From Heterodontus francisci (Eukaryota), in contig NC_090404.1 of assembly GCF_036365525.1 (NCBI RefSeq), positions 10,230,001 to 10,294,000 on the forward strand: a stretch of 64,000 nt of DNA, in the 5' to 3' direction. The translations under genes were made by a program, and so were the position numbers. Of the stretch, positions 36,087 to 49,118 are shown piece after piece. Position 1 is the stretch's first letter, and each line of letters begins with the position of its first letter. The notes below the pieces were generated by a model, which ran no database searches, was not told where the DNA came from, and saw nothing but the letters and a program-made list of their open reading frames with translations.

Positions 36087-36545
36087 CAGTATTAAAGGTG
36101 CTAATACTGGACTCTCAAATCTGCTCATTAAACAAGACAAGGTTTTAGCTAGAATCTTCCAGCTCTTTACTGGTCTGCTCCTCTACTACTTTTAAACCTT
36201 TACCATTTAGTGTACATTTCATCTTTAATAACTTACAAAATGTATCACTTCATATTTCTCTGTTAAATTTAATCTGATATCTACCTGCCCCATTTATTAA
36301 CCTGTGTATTTACACTGAATCACTTACATTCCTCATCACAGTTCCCCCATTTTAGTACTCCCTATTTTAAAGTTATCTGGAGATTTTGATCTTATGCCCC
36401 ATGCACACAAGCCCAGCTCATTTCTCTGTTCTCATTTCCAACACTGGGGACAGTCCGAAGAACATCCATTAATCACTACTGTCTGTTTTCTGCCCTTTAC
36501 CCAACTTCCTACCCACTCTGTCCCACTCCCCATTCATACCATCAG

Positions 36546-39500
36546 TTTTTTTTTTAATTTCCAAAATATACTTTATTCATAAAAATCTGTCAAAAATACA
36601 TTACCAAACAGTTTCAAACAGCACCAAGTCAAAAATTACAAACAGTGCAAAGGTGATCAGTTTCCTTCAATACAATCATGAGTTGCCTCACAACCCTTCC
36701 ATTTTATTTGTTATGCCATAGACATTTTTACATTTTATAGCACACGAAATTTTCCCGATACAGTTCAAGGGCTTTCCCATGGATCCAGCCCCTTCAGCTT
36801 GGTGGGGGGACCTTACACAGTGGTCTTTCCCTATTGAGCCTTTGCTGCGGCTGCCCCAAGCTTTAGTGCGTTCCTCAGCACGTACTCCTGGACCTTGGAA
36901 TGTGCCAGTCTGCAACATTCGGTCGTGGACAACTCTTTGTGCTGGAAGACCAGCAAGTTTCGGGCAGATCAAAGGGCGTCTTTCACCGAATTGATAGTCC
37001 TCCAGCAGCAGTTGATGTTTGTTTCGGCGTGCGTCCCCGGGAACAGCCCATAGAGCACAGACTCCTGTGTTACAGAGCTGCTTGGGATGAACCTCGACAA
37101 AAACCACTGCATCTCTTTCCACACCTGCTTTGCAAAGACACATTCCAGAAGGAGGTGGGCAACCGTGTCTTCCCTACCACAGCCACCACGGGGGCATTGT
37201 ACGGAGGGGGTGAGACTTTGGGCGTGCAGGAAGGATCTAACGGGGAGGGCTCTTCTCACCACCAGCCGAGCTACATCTTGGTGCTTGTTTGAAAGTTCTG
37301 GTGATGAGGCATTCCGCCAAATGACTTTGGCGGTCTGCTCGGGGAACCATCCGATAGGGTCCACCGTCTCCTTTTCCCATAGGGCCTTGAGAACATTCTA
37401 TTCATACCACTACCTGATGGATCAGTGGTCAAAGGTGTTTTCCCGCAGAAATTGCTCCACGAAGGATAGGTGGTACGGCACAGTCCAACTGGTTGGAGCG
37501 TTCCGCGGCAATGTGACCAGGCCCATCCTTCGCAACACCAGGGACGGATAGAACCTCAGCACGTAGTGACCCTTGGAGTTTGCGTACTGGAGGTCTACAC
37601 ACAGCTTGATGCAGCCGCACACGAAGGTGGTCATCAGGATGTGGGCCACGTTTGGTACATTTTTCCCGCCCTTATCCAGAGATTTGAACGTCGTGTCCCT
37701 CCGGACCCGGTCCATTTTGGATCCCCAGATGAAGCGAAAATGGGTCAGGTGACCGCCACAGCGCAGGAGTGGGGTATGGGCCAGACCTGCGCCATGTACA
37801 GCAACAACGTGAGCGCCTCGCACCTGATGACCAGGTTCTTACCCACAATGGAGAGAGATCGCTGCCCCCACATTCTCAGCATATGTTGTACCTTGGCTAC
37901 TTGCTCCTCCCAGGTTTTGGTGCACGCCCCAACCCTTCCGAACCATATCCCAACACCTTCAGGTAGTCTGACCTTACGGTGAAGGGGACAAAGGATCGGT
38001 CAGCCCAGTTCCCAAAGAACATGGCCTCGCTCTTGCCGTGGTTAACTTTGGCTCCCGAGGCCAGTTCAAACTGGTCGCAGATGCTCATCAGTCTGCGCAC
38101 AGACAGCAGATCCGAGCAGAAAATGGCGACGTCATCCATGTACAGGGAGGTTTTAACCTGAGTGCCTCCACTGCCGGGATTGTCACCCCTCTTATGCTCG
38201 CATCCTTCCGAATAGACTCAGCAAAGGGTTCATTACAGCAAACAAACAAGACCGGGGAGAGAGGACAGCCCTGTCTGACTCCAGATTGGATCGGGAAACT
38301 TTCCGATTCCCACCCATTGATTGAAACAGCGCTACTGATGTTTGTGAAGAGCAGTTGGATCCAATTGCAGATTCCCTCCCCAAACCCCATTTTAGAAAGC
38401 ACGTCCATCATGTAGGTGTGCGATATCCTGTCAAAAGCCTTCTCCTGGTCCAGGCTGATGAGGCAGGTGTCCACCCTCCTGTCCCGCACATAGGCGATTG
38501 TATCCCTGAGTAGCGCGAGACTATCAGAGATCTTCCTGCCGGGTACAGTACAGGTCTGATCAGGGTGAATCACCAACTCCAAAGTAGACTTGACTCGACT
38601 GGCTATGACTTTGGACAGAATCTTGTAGTCAACATTAAGCAGTGAGATGAGCCGCCAATTTCTGATTTCTGCCCTCTCCCCCTTCTGCTTGTAGATGAGG
38701 ATGGTGCTGCCTTTCCTCATGGATTCTGACATGCTGCCGGCCAGGAGCATACTCTCGTATACTTCCAGCAGGTCCGGGCCGACCCAGTCCCACAGGGCCG
38801 AATACAACTCGACCGGTAAGCCGTCGCTTCCGGGAGTTTTACTCATCTCGAAGGACTCGACGGCATTCGTCAGCTCGTCCAGAGTTAGCGGCTTGTCCAG
38901 TCTCTCCCTCATGCTGTCATCTAAGAACTCCGTGATAGATGACAGGAAGGACTGGGAGGCTCTGCTGTCTGTGGGCTTCGCGTCATACAGCCCAGCATAA
39001 AAGGATTTGCTGATCCTTAGTATGTCGAACTGCGAAGACGTTACTGAGCCATTCTCTTCCTTCAGGCTGCTAATCACAGAGCTCTCTGTGTACCTTTTGG
39101 AAGAAGTAACGCGAGCACGTCTCATCCTGCTCAATGGAGCAGACTCTGGACCAGAAGATGATCTTGGAGGCCTCCATGGCAAAGAGCAAGGCCTGCTGGC
39201 TCTTCACCTCTTGGAGATCCTCCTTGACCTCGACCCCTATCGACTGCAGCCGGAGCAGATTTTGCATACTTTTCTGGGGTCAGGACATTTCCCTCTGTCT
39301 CTCTCTCGCCCTCTGAACACCTTTGAGGATAAAGAACCTCTTGATGTTCTCCTTGATCACCTCCCACCAGTGAACTGGAGACTCAAAGAGGGGTTTCATG
39401 GTTCGCCAACCTTTGTAATCCCTTTTGAGTTCCTCAATGTTCTCTGGAGTTAGCAGTGTAATATTGAGCTTCCACGTCCCCCTGCCAACCCGCTGGTCGT

Positions 39501-39875
39501 CCTGTAAGTGACAGTCGGCCAGTAAGAGGCAGTGGTCGGAGAAGAACACTGGTTTGATGTCGGTGGATCCGACCGTGACAGCACAGGACACAAACAGGAA
39601 GTCAATCCTGGAACGGGCAAACCCGTCCGATCTTGACCGGGTGTATCTATGCTGCGCTCCGTCTGCAGATTTGCTGAAGACATCGTGCAGTTTGGCATCT
39701 TTAACTGTTTCTATTAGGAATCTGGACGTAGCGTCCAGTTTGCTATCGTCTCTGCCGGATCGTCCAGCTGCATCAATGATGCAGTTGAAGTCACTGCCGA
39801 GGATGACCGGCCTGGACGTCGCCAGCAGCAGTGAGAGCTGCTGGAAGACGGTCAGCCGCTCGATGCATTGAACCG
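36546..39875 (-). mobile_element. L1/Tx1-clade LINE, 5'-truncated within the endonuclease
   Basis: PVILGSDFN, SRIDF, FSDH, GTWKLN, KTPGSDGLP.E.Y, LLNVDYKILSK, SLDQEKAFDRISH, GVRQGCPLSP, YMDD, C-terminal CPRGGC..EDTVAHLLLEC, poly(A) at 36546. Several frameshifts. Confidence 0.95.
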
Positions 39876-40139
39876 GGAGCTTTAATTTTATCAACAAGCC
39901 TCCTGTCTGGCACCAAATAAAACACCTTTTGACAATCCATCTACACAACATCCACTGCATTTCCTTTCTCACTAAACTGTGTTGTTCACTTAAATAATCG
40001 CTGCTGTCCATCCTGAATGAATCCATTTCACTAACGCATGTTGAAATGTTTGCTCCACACCCACAGGGTTTCATCTGTTTAAAGCCACAACAGAAAAGGC
40101 CAGTTTACTCCTGGCGTTTGAGATAAATTAGGTTTCAAA

Positions 40140-40400
40140 ATGATGCAGAGTTTCAGCCAATGAGGGACATCCTGGCTCAGCCCCGCCCATTACAAACACT
40201 GATTGGTTGGAGGACCAACTACTAAATCGGTCCTCCACTCCTGCCCAGCTCTTTCGATTGGTCTGGAGCTCATGTCAATCATGTAGGCATTGTGAGCTGG
40301 CAAGCAAGAGGTGTGGAGGGAGCGGGTTAATAAACCCCATGGGGAGTGGCACCCGGGTTCACCCCGGCTGGAAAGCACAGTGTAAACGACAAACTCTGGG
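40140..40400 (+). promoter_or_regulatory. Promoter-like remnant
   Basis: CCAAT/ATTGG x3, GC box ccccgccc. The block ggagggagcRggttaataaaccc is shared with 34517-34541. No downstream gene seen. Confidence 0.35.
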
Positions 40401-40479
40401 AGTAACAGCAAGTGCTGAAAACTCTCAGGAAGCATCTGTAAATTAAGGAGAAATTTCTTGCATTTCTGTAGCACTTTTC

Positions 40480-43400
40480 ATGAACACAGGTTATCCGTAT
40501 CAAGCTACTGTCCACAGGATTGTCACTGACCTCATCTCCTTCGGAGATCTTCCCTCTACAGCTTCCAACCTCATAGTCCCACAACCCCAGACAGCCTGCT
40601 TCTACTTCCTTCACAAAATCCACAATCAGGACTGTCCCGGCGGACCCATCGTTTCAGCCTGTTCTTTCCCCACTGAACTTATTTCTTCCTATCTTGACTC
40701 TATCTTTTCTCCCCTGGTCTAGTCTCTTCCCACCTAAATCCACAACTTCTGATGCCCTACATCATTTTGACAATTTCCAGTTTCCTGGCCCTAACCGCCT
40801 CCTCTTCACTATGGACATCCAATCTCTCTACACTTCCATCCCCCACCAGGACGGTTGGAGGGCTCTCCGCTTCTTACTTGAACAGAGGCCCAACCAGGCC
40901 CCATGCACCACCACCCTCCTCCGCCTGGCTGAACTTGTTTTCACATTGAACAACTCCTCCTTCAACTCCACGCACTTCCTTCAAGTAAAAGGTGTCGCTA
41001 TGGGTACCCGCATGGGTCCTAGTTATGCCTGCTTTTTGTGGGATATGTCGAGCATTCTTTGTTCCAGTCCTACTCAGGCCCCCTCCCCCAGCTCTTTTTC
41101 TGGTACATTGATGACTGTATCGGTGCCATTTCCTGCTCCTGCCCCGAACTGGAAAACTTTATCAACTTTGCTTCCAATTTCCACCCTTCTCTCACCTTTA
41201 CATTGTCCATCTCCGACACTTCCCTTCTCTTCCTCGACTTCTCTGTCTCCATCTCTGTGGATAGGCTGTCCAGTAATATTCATTATAAGCCCACTGACTC
41301 CCACAGCTACCTGGACTACACTTCTTAACACTTTGCCTCCTGTAAGGACTCCATTCCATTCTCCCAGTTTCTCCATCTCCGACACATCTGCTCTGATGAT
41401 GTAACCTTCCACAACATATCCAACATTTCCCACCACCACCCTCCCCCCCCCCACCCCACTGTGTTTGACAAGGCCCACAACTGGCTTCGGCCCATTTCCT
41501 GCACCTCTACCCTCACCCCTTCCCCTCCCTCCCAGAACCGCTACAGGTTTCCTCTTGTCCTCACTTTCCACCCCACTAGCCTTCACATCTAACGGATCAT
41601 CCTCCGCCATTTCCACCATGTCCAGCGTGATGCCACTACCCTTCCCCTCCCCTCCTGTCAGCATTCCGAAGGGATCGTTCCCTCTGCGACACCCTGGTCC
41701 ACTCCTCCATTACCCCCACCACCTATTTAATGAACTACAAAGCGGGTATATACCCCTGAGAGGAAAAAGCTCCACTTCACTGAAAAAACAGCCATGGACA
41801 ACTAAAGAGATTTGGGATAGCATAAAACAAAAAGAAAGGGCTTACAAAACGTAGCACAGATCCGGCTGAATGGGATCGATACAAACACCAGCAAAGGGTC
41901 ACAAAGCAGCTTATCAGAGCGACTAAAAGATTATGAAAGGAAACTTGCAAGGGACATCAAAATCAATAAGAAGAAATTTTATAGTTACATAAAGGGAAAA
42001 CGGGTGGTCAAGAGCAAAGTAGGCCCACTAAAAGCTGAAAATGGAGATATTGTCATTGATAATGGGGAAATGGCAGACATGTTGAACAATTACTTTGCCT
42101 CAGTATTTACAGTTGAAAAGGAGGATAACTTGCCAGGAGTCCCAAAAAAATTAATAGCCGATAGGGGACAGAGACTTAATACAATTAACGTAAGTAAAAC
42201 ATCAGTAACAAGGAAATTAATGGAACTAAAGCGTGAGAAATCCCCAGGAACTGACGGTTTCCACCCGAGGGTGTTAAAGGAAGAAGGGGAGCACATTGTA
42301 GATAGAGCAGGGTACTTTCTAAATAGGAAGTGGTTAAGTACAGTGGACGTCCAAAGAGACTTGGGGGTTCAGGTGCATAGATCTTTAAAATGCCATGAGC
42401 AAGTGCAGAAAATAATCAAAAAGGCTAATGGAATGCTAGCCTTTATATCTAGAGGACTGGAGTATAAAGACACAGAGGTTATGCTGCAGCTGTACAAAAC
42501 CCTGGTTAGACCCCACTTGGAGTACTGTGAGCAGTTCTGGGCACCACACCTTCGGAAGGATATATTAGCCTTGGAGGGAGTGCAACGTAGGTTTACAAGA
42601 ATGATACCTGAACTACAGGGGTTAAGTTACAAGGAGAGATTACACAAATTAGGCCTGCTTTCGCTAGAATTTAGAAGGTTAAGGGGTGATCTGATTGAAG
42701 TCTTCAAGATATTAACAGGAAAAGACAGGCTAGATAAAGATAAACTATTTCCACTGGTTGGAGAGTCTAAAACTAGGGGGCATAGTCTAAAAATTAGGAC
42801 CAGACCGTTCAGGAGAGATGTTAGGAAGCACTTCTTCACGCAAAGGGTGGTAGAGGTTTGGAACTCTCTCCCACAAACAGCAGTTGGAGCGAGATCAGTT
42901 GTTAATTTTAAATCTGAGATAGATAGAGTTTTGTTAAGCAAAGATATTAAAGCATATGGGCCAAAGGCAGGTATATGGAATTAGGCCGTGGATCAGCCAT
43001 GATCTCATTGAATGGCGGGACAGGCTCGAGGGGCTGAATGGCCTACTCCTGTTCCTGTGTCCTATGTTCCCCTTCCATGGCACCTTCCCATGATCGCAGG
43101 AGGTGTAATAGCTGCCCTTTTACCTCCTCTCTCCTCACTATCCAAGGCCCCAAACACTCCTTTCAAGCGAAGCAATGATTTACTCGTACTTCTTTCAATT
43201 TAGTATACTGTATTCGCTGCTCACAATGCGGTCTCCTCGACATTGGGGAGACCAAACGCAGATTGGGTGACCGCTTTGCGGAACACCTCCGCTCAGTCCA
43301 AAAACATGACCCTGAACTTCCTGTCACTTGCCATTTCAACACCCCACCCCACTGCCCTCATGCCCACATCTCTGTCCTGGGCTTGCTGCAGTGTTCCTGT

Positions 43401-43910
43401 GAACATCAATGCAAGCTCAAGGAACAGCATCTCATTTACCGATTAGGCACACTACAGCCTACCAGACTGAACATTGAGTTCAATAATTTCAGAGCATGAC
43501 TGGCCCCCTTTTTTATTTTATATTTTATTTTAGTTTGTTTCAGCATTCAATTTTTTACCATGTGCCTGCCCACTGTTTTTTCATGTTTGTGCTTTTGGCC
43601 AGGGCTGTTCATTATTTTGTCATTTAACACCCTCTCTGCACAAAATGATTTATCTTTCACCACACATTAACACACCCTTTGCCTTTGCTCCATGACCTTC
43701 TTGTCAGTTATTCTCTGTGACCCTCTGTCCTATCCACACCTTCCCTTTTGTTATCTTTTGCCCTCCACCACTTTATTTGCTTAAAACCTATTACATTTCT
43801 AACCTTTGCCAGTTCTGATGCAAGGTCATTGACCTGAAACATTAACTCTGCTTCTCTCTCCACAGATGCTGCCAGACCTGCTGAGTATTTCCAGCAGTTT
43901 TTGCTTTTAT
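40480..43910 (+). mobile_element. Penelope-like element (RT + GIY-YIG endonuclease + hammerhead-type tail), degenerate and split by a CR1
   Basis: MDIQSLYTSIPH, GVAMGTRMGPSYA, YIDD, YKPTDSHSYL, then VYCIRCSQCGLL.IGETKRRLGDRFAEHLRSV (43200-43499) and terminal segment 43811-43910. Confidence 0.92.
41725..43070 (+). mobile_element. CR1 LINE with large internal deletion, nested in the Penelope element
   Basis: 326-aa ORF jumps from KSPGTDGFHPRVLKE directly to the post-RT region (RT core missing). CR1 3' tail present. Confidence 0.9.
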
Positions 43911-43914
43911 ATCC

Positions 43915-44020
43915 GAAAGTACTTTATAGCCAATGAATAGTTTTTACATGTAGTTACTGTTGAAATGTCAGAAATATAGCAGCAATTTCAAGCTCCCACA
44001 AACAGAAATGTGATAATTTT
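43915..44020 (-). mobile_element. DeuSINE/L2-tail fragment
   Basis: rc tgtttgtgggagcttg...caacagtaactac...cattggctataaagtacttt. Confidence 0.55.
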
Positions 44021-44029
44021 GTTTTTATT

Positions 44030-45585
44030 CCTTCATCGGGTTGAGCATCGCTGGCTACACCAGCATTTATTGCCCATCCCTAATTTCCATTGAGAAGGTG
44101 CTGGTGAGCTGCCTTCTTGAACCGCTGCAGTCCATGTAGGATAGGCAAACCCACAGTGCTGTTAGGAAGGGAGTTCCAGGATTTTGACCCAGCGACACTG
44201 AAGGAACGGTGATATAGTTCCAAGTCAGGATGGTGTGTGACTTGGAGGAAGCTTGCAGGTGGTGGTGTTCCAATGCATTTGCTGCCCTTGTCCTTCTATG
44301 TGGTAGAGATCGTGCGTTTGTAAGGTGCTGTCTAAGGATCCTTGGTGCATTGCTGCAGTGCATCTTGTAGATGGTACACACTGCTTCCACTGTGCGTTGT
44401 TGGTGGAGGGAGTGAACATTTTTGGTTGGGGTGCCTATCAAGCGGGCCGCTTTGTCCTGGATGGTGTCAAGCTTCTTGAGTGTTGTTGGAGCTGCACCCA
44501 TCCAGGCAAGTGGAGCGTATTCCATCACACTCCTAACTTTTTTTTTATTTAGAGATACAGCACTGAAACAGGCCCTTCGGCCCACCGAGTCTGTGCCGAC
44601 CAACAACCACCCATTTATACTAACCCTACAGTAATCCCATATTCCCTACCACCTGCCTACACTAGGGGCAATTTACAATGGCCAATTTACCGATCAACCT
44701 GCAAGTCTTTGGCTGTGGGAGGAAACCGGAGCACCCGGCGAAAACCCACACGGTCACAGGGAGAACTTGCAAACTCTGCACAGGCGGTACCCAGAATCGA
44801 ACCCGGGTCCCTGGAGCTGTGAGGCTGCGGTGCTAACCACTGCGCCACTGTGCCGCCACTTGTGCCTTGTCGATGGTGGACAGACTTTGGGGAGTCAGGA
44901 GGTGAGTTACTCACCTCAGGATTCCTAGTCTCTGACATGCTCTTGTAGCCATGGTATTTATATGGCTACTCCAGTTCAGTTTCTGGTCAGTGGTAACCCC
45001 CAGGATGTTGATAATGGAGGATTCAGCGATCATAATGCCATTGAATGTCAAGGGGAGATGGTTATTTTCTCTCTTGTTGGAGATGGTCATTGCCTGGCAC
45101 TTGTGTGGCGTGAATGTTACTTGCCACTTATCAGCCCAAGCCTGGATATTGTCCAGGTCTTGCTGCATTTGGGCACGGACTGCTTCAGTATCTGAAAAGT
45201 CGCGAGTGGTGCTGAACATTGTGCAATCATCAGCGAATATCCCCACTTCTGACCTTATGATTGAAGGAAGGTCATTGATGAAGCAACTGAAGATGATTGG
45301 GCCTCAGATACTACCCTGAGGAACTCCTGCAGTGATGTCCTGGAGCTGGGATAATTGACCTCCAACAACCACAACCATCTTCCTTTGCGCTCGGTATGAC
45401 TCCAACCAGTGGAGAGTTTTCCCCCTGATTCGCATCGACTTCAGCTGTGTTGGGGCTCCTTGATGCCATACTCGGTCAAATGCTGCCTTGATGTCAAGAT
45501 CAGTCACTGTCACCTCACCTCTTGAGCTCAGCTCTTTTGTCCTTGTTTGAACCAAGGCTGTAATGAGGTCAGGAGCTGAGTGGGT
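44030..45585 (-). mobile_element. Crack-like LINE 3' half (same family as 27750-30838)
   Basis: LDIKAAFDRVWHQG, GVPQGS, FADD, VRSVMEYAPLAWMGAAPTTLKKLDTIQ, shared 3' tail. Confidence 0.9.
44538..44858 (-). mobile_element. V-SINE (HE1-like), nested in the LINE
   Basis: A and B boxes, V-domain, CR1-type tail. Confidence 0.92.
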
Positions 45586-46665
45586 TGGTGAACTGAAGGC
45601 CAGATAGCCACGTGGAAGTACGAGGTTGTGGTGATAATGGAGACCTGGCTCAATAAAGGGCAGGACTGGATACCAAACATTCCTGGATATAAAATATTCA
45701 GGAAAGGATGGAAAGGGGGAGGGATGACAGTTTTGATTGAGAAGAACACTGCAATGATGGAGAGAGAGGATATCCCAGAGGGGTCAAGGACAGAATCCAG
45801 TTGGCTGGAGCTGAGAAAGAAAAAAGGTGCAATTGAATTGCTTGGTGTGGTCTATAGGCCACCAACTAGTGGAAACTAAGTAGAGGGACAAATTTGCAAG
45901 GAAATTACAGAGAGGTGCAGGAATTATAGAGTAATTATAATGGGGGACTTTACTTATCCGAATATAGACTGGGATAGCAGTAGTGTAAAGGGCAGAGAGG
46001 GGCATGAGTTCCGAGACTGTGTTCAGGAGAATTCTACAGCAGTATGTTTCCAGTCCAATGAGAAAGGAGACACTGCTAGACATGGTTCTTGGGAATGAGG
46101 TGGGTCAAGTGTCAGTAGGGGAACAATTAGGGGACAGTGATCATTGTATCATAATGTTTAGGTTGGCTATGGAAACTGACAAGGAACAATCCAGAGTAAG
46201 AATAATTAACTGGGGGAAAGCTAACTTCAATGGGGTAAGAATGGATCTGACCCAGATAAATTGGAATCAAAGGTTGGCAGGCAAAACAGTAGCTGAACCA
46301 TGGGCTACCTTTAAGAAGAGATGGTACGGGCACTGTAAAGGTATATTCCCACAAAGGGGAAAGGTAGAGAAAAGAAATCCAGAGCTCCCAGATGATGATG
46401 AAGAAGAAAAAGAGTGCTTTTGACAGATGTCAGCTGGATAATACAACCAAGAGCCAGGCTGAATATCGGAAGCTTAAGAGAGGAAGTGGAAAGCAACTAG
46501 AAGCAAAGAGAGGGTATGAAAAGAGACTGGCAGCTAATATAAAAAGGAATACATAGGAAAAGGATGGTAAAAGGAGTGGGGCCGATTAGAGACCAAAAAG
46601 GGGATAAACGCATGGAGGCATAGTTGAGGTATTAAATGAATACTTTGCATCTGTCTTTACCATAA
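45585..46665 (+). mobile_element. CR1 ORF2 endonuclease region fragment
   Basis: ETWL, IPGY, GVVYRPP, MGDF, LGDSDH motifs. Confidence 0.88.
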
Positions 46666-46704
46666 AAACCCCGGGGGATGGGAGAAAAAATGGAAGGGAA
46701 AAGA

Positions 46705-47160
46705 ACAAAAGTGTAGGCGCAGTGCTGGACTGTATCCACTATAATCCCACCGACTCTCACAGCTAGCTTGACTAAACTTGCTGCCATCCCAGTTCCTGTC
46801 AGACTCTATTCTATTCTCCCCTTCTTCTCACCTTCCACTCCAACCACCTCCACATGTAACACATCACCCTCCGCCATTTCCACCATGTCCGGCTAAAATC
46901 AACACCAAATACATCTTCCCATCCACTCCTGTCCCCCGCCCCTTGCAACACACTGGTTCATGCTTCTGTCACTCCTGCCATCCAGTCTCCCTCCCCTGTC
47001 CAGAACCTTCCTGTACAGGTACAGTAGATGCAAAATCTGCCCTTTCACTTTCTTCCTTCCCCCTCTTCAGGGCCCAAATGCTCCATCCAGGTGAAACAGA
47101 GATTTACTTGTACTTCTTCCAATGTAGTTACTGTATTCACTGCCCACCATGCAGTCTCCT
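46705..47160 (+). mobile_element. Highly decayed Penelope-like fragment
   Basis: tataatcccaccgactctcacagcta, ctccgccatttccaccatgtcc and caggtgaaacagagatttacttgtacttc resemble 41283-41620 and 43160-43240. Confidence 0.7.
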
Positions 47161-47169
47161 GGTCACTGG

Positions 47170-47660
47170 ACACTAAAGCCCCGCCCACCAAAACGGTCAC
47201 GCATGCGCCCTGCTCGCTGATTAAGCCCCGCCTTTATCTACCAAGATGGTGGTCGGTTGCCTGGCTAACCCAGGCCTAACACCGGGGAGGAAGCCCCAGC
47301 TCCTTGATTATCCCTGAATCCCACTCACAAAACTTCGTCCAGTGACCCGGCTCCCGGGGCCTTGGGTCTACCCTGGGTGTTTATGAAGCTTTCCAGCCCA
47401 CACACGGCTCCAATCTCCGCCCGCCGCCCGAGCCACCTGTTCCGCCGCCACTGAGCGCATGCTCAGACCACAGATCCCCTCCCCCCCCCATCAATTGCGT
47501 GCGAATTAGGTTCCTGTAGACATTGATAAGGGACTTTCTCGGTCGCGGAGAACCCTGGGTACGTCATCCGCCATTGCCCACTGAGCTCCTGTAGTCATTG
47601 GGACAGGGAACTTTCTGCTCCTTGCGGAATCCAGCAAAATTTGTAACCTCGTGGCCCTCC
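47170..47660 (-). promoter_or_regulatory. CpG-rich promoter of the zinc-finger family type, no gene body attached
   Basis: GC boxes, CGCATGCGC 47200-47208, ctgagcgcatgctcag 47451-47466, acgtca, ccgccatt. 47190-47300 resembles 63890-63975. Confidence 0.6.
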
Positions 47661-48194
47661 TCCGTTACCTTCAATGAGAGGTATAGAAGATCCAACCCAG
47701 CCAATGATCATCTGATCAGCCTCCTCTGAATCATCAGCACAGTCAGCAACAGTCTTAGCAAGCAGCACTTAGTAACCAGTGAGGGGTGGAGATGATGTGA
47801 CAGCTGTAAAGAAGTGGTTGGACCCCATCTGGAATACTGCATTCAGATCTGGGCACCAGACCTCAGGAAGGAGAGACTGGCCTTGGGCGGTGGGGGGGCA
47901 GCACAGGTTCACCAGAATGATATCAGGCCTAAAAAGGTTAAATTTCTTAACAAAACTCAAACAGGTTTGTAAGAAGTGAACGTCCTTTCCAGACCATGTT
48001 GAGTATCTCTAATGATGCCTTCCCTTCCCCAGTGATCAAACACAGCATCACTCAGGATCCCTTCAAGCATCTTCTTCAGGTTACACTTCATGAGTTACTT
48101 TTCAATCCCAGTGAACAATTTCTAACTCTGTCCACAGCATCCGGAGCATCCACAGCTCTGTCATCGCCTGGCAATTTTTTCAATCTGGCCTAAA

Positions 48195-49118
48195 CCGTCT
48201 CTCAGTGACCCAAAACCATCTTTAAAAGTCTTCTCGCTCCTGACGTAGTTGGAAAATCATTTGTGATTACCAGCATAATGTGCACCATCTTCTTTTCCAA
48301 AGATCTCTTGGTTTCTCTAATGACTGCAGATCCTTCTTTATTTGGAGATCAAATGTCTGTTGTATAATTGTACCAGCTGTTAACAGGCTCCTGTGAACAC
48401 CTCCATCTGCTATTTTAATGCAGGCTTTAACCAATTTATTTTAAACAGGTCTATTTTAATGGGATTAATGCCTGCCTTAAAATGGTAGATTCGGGACTAT
48501 CACAAAACATGTTAAATCTTTGTAGAATAATTACCACAGTCATTTTCAGACTGGAAACTTAAATCTGCCGTTTGACTTTGTCAGGAACAGATCACAGTTT
48601 TGCACCAATCTCTGATTTGACAGCACGTTTCCAGCATTCACTGTTGTTCTTCCTGATTCTAAACACAGTTGTAAAGAAGCCTTATGTTCCGTGCCCAGGA
48701 GCTCTGAACCATGGGAGAGAGTGGCTGGGACACATTTCTTACAGACCTCAAGGTTAACCTGCATGGGGACTTTGCTGTCAGTGAAGAGAGTCGAGAAAGA
48801 CCAAAGTGCTGTTTGTCCCTCTCAGTGTGATCCTGAAGGACTGTGTCCAGGCTGAAGTTCTGTTCCTGCCATATGATCCTCCCCCCAGATTGTCCTTTCT
48901 GAGCTCCAACCAGGTGATGTTAAACACTCAGGTGGGAAAGACAAAAGTCTACAACAATGTGTTTAAACCAAAGCTGATTTATTTGACATGAATCCTGAAT
49001 ATTAAACTCCAGTCCAGTTATGAACATCAGAAAAAACAGACTTCAACTGTCAGAACGAACATGGTTCACTTCTGGATGTGATTAACAGCAGCAATAACAG
49101 TAGAATCAACCCATACAG
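48195..49118 (-). repeat. 3' trailer (AATAAA at rc ~48977-48982) and conserved downstream flank of unit 4
   Basis: Paralogous to 33095-33845 (inverted) and 4590-5443 (direct). Confidence 0.88.
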
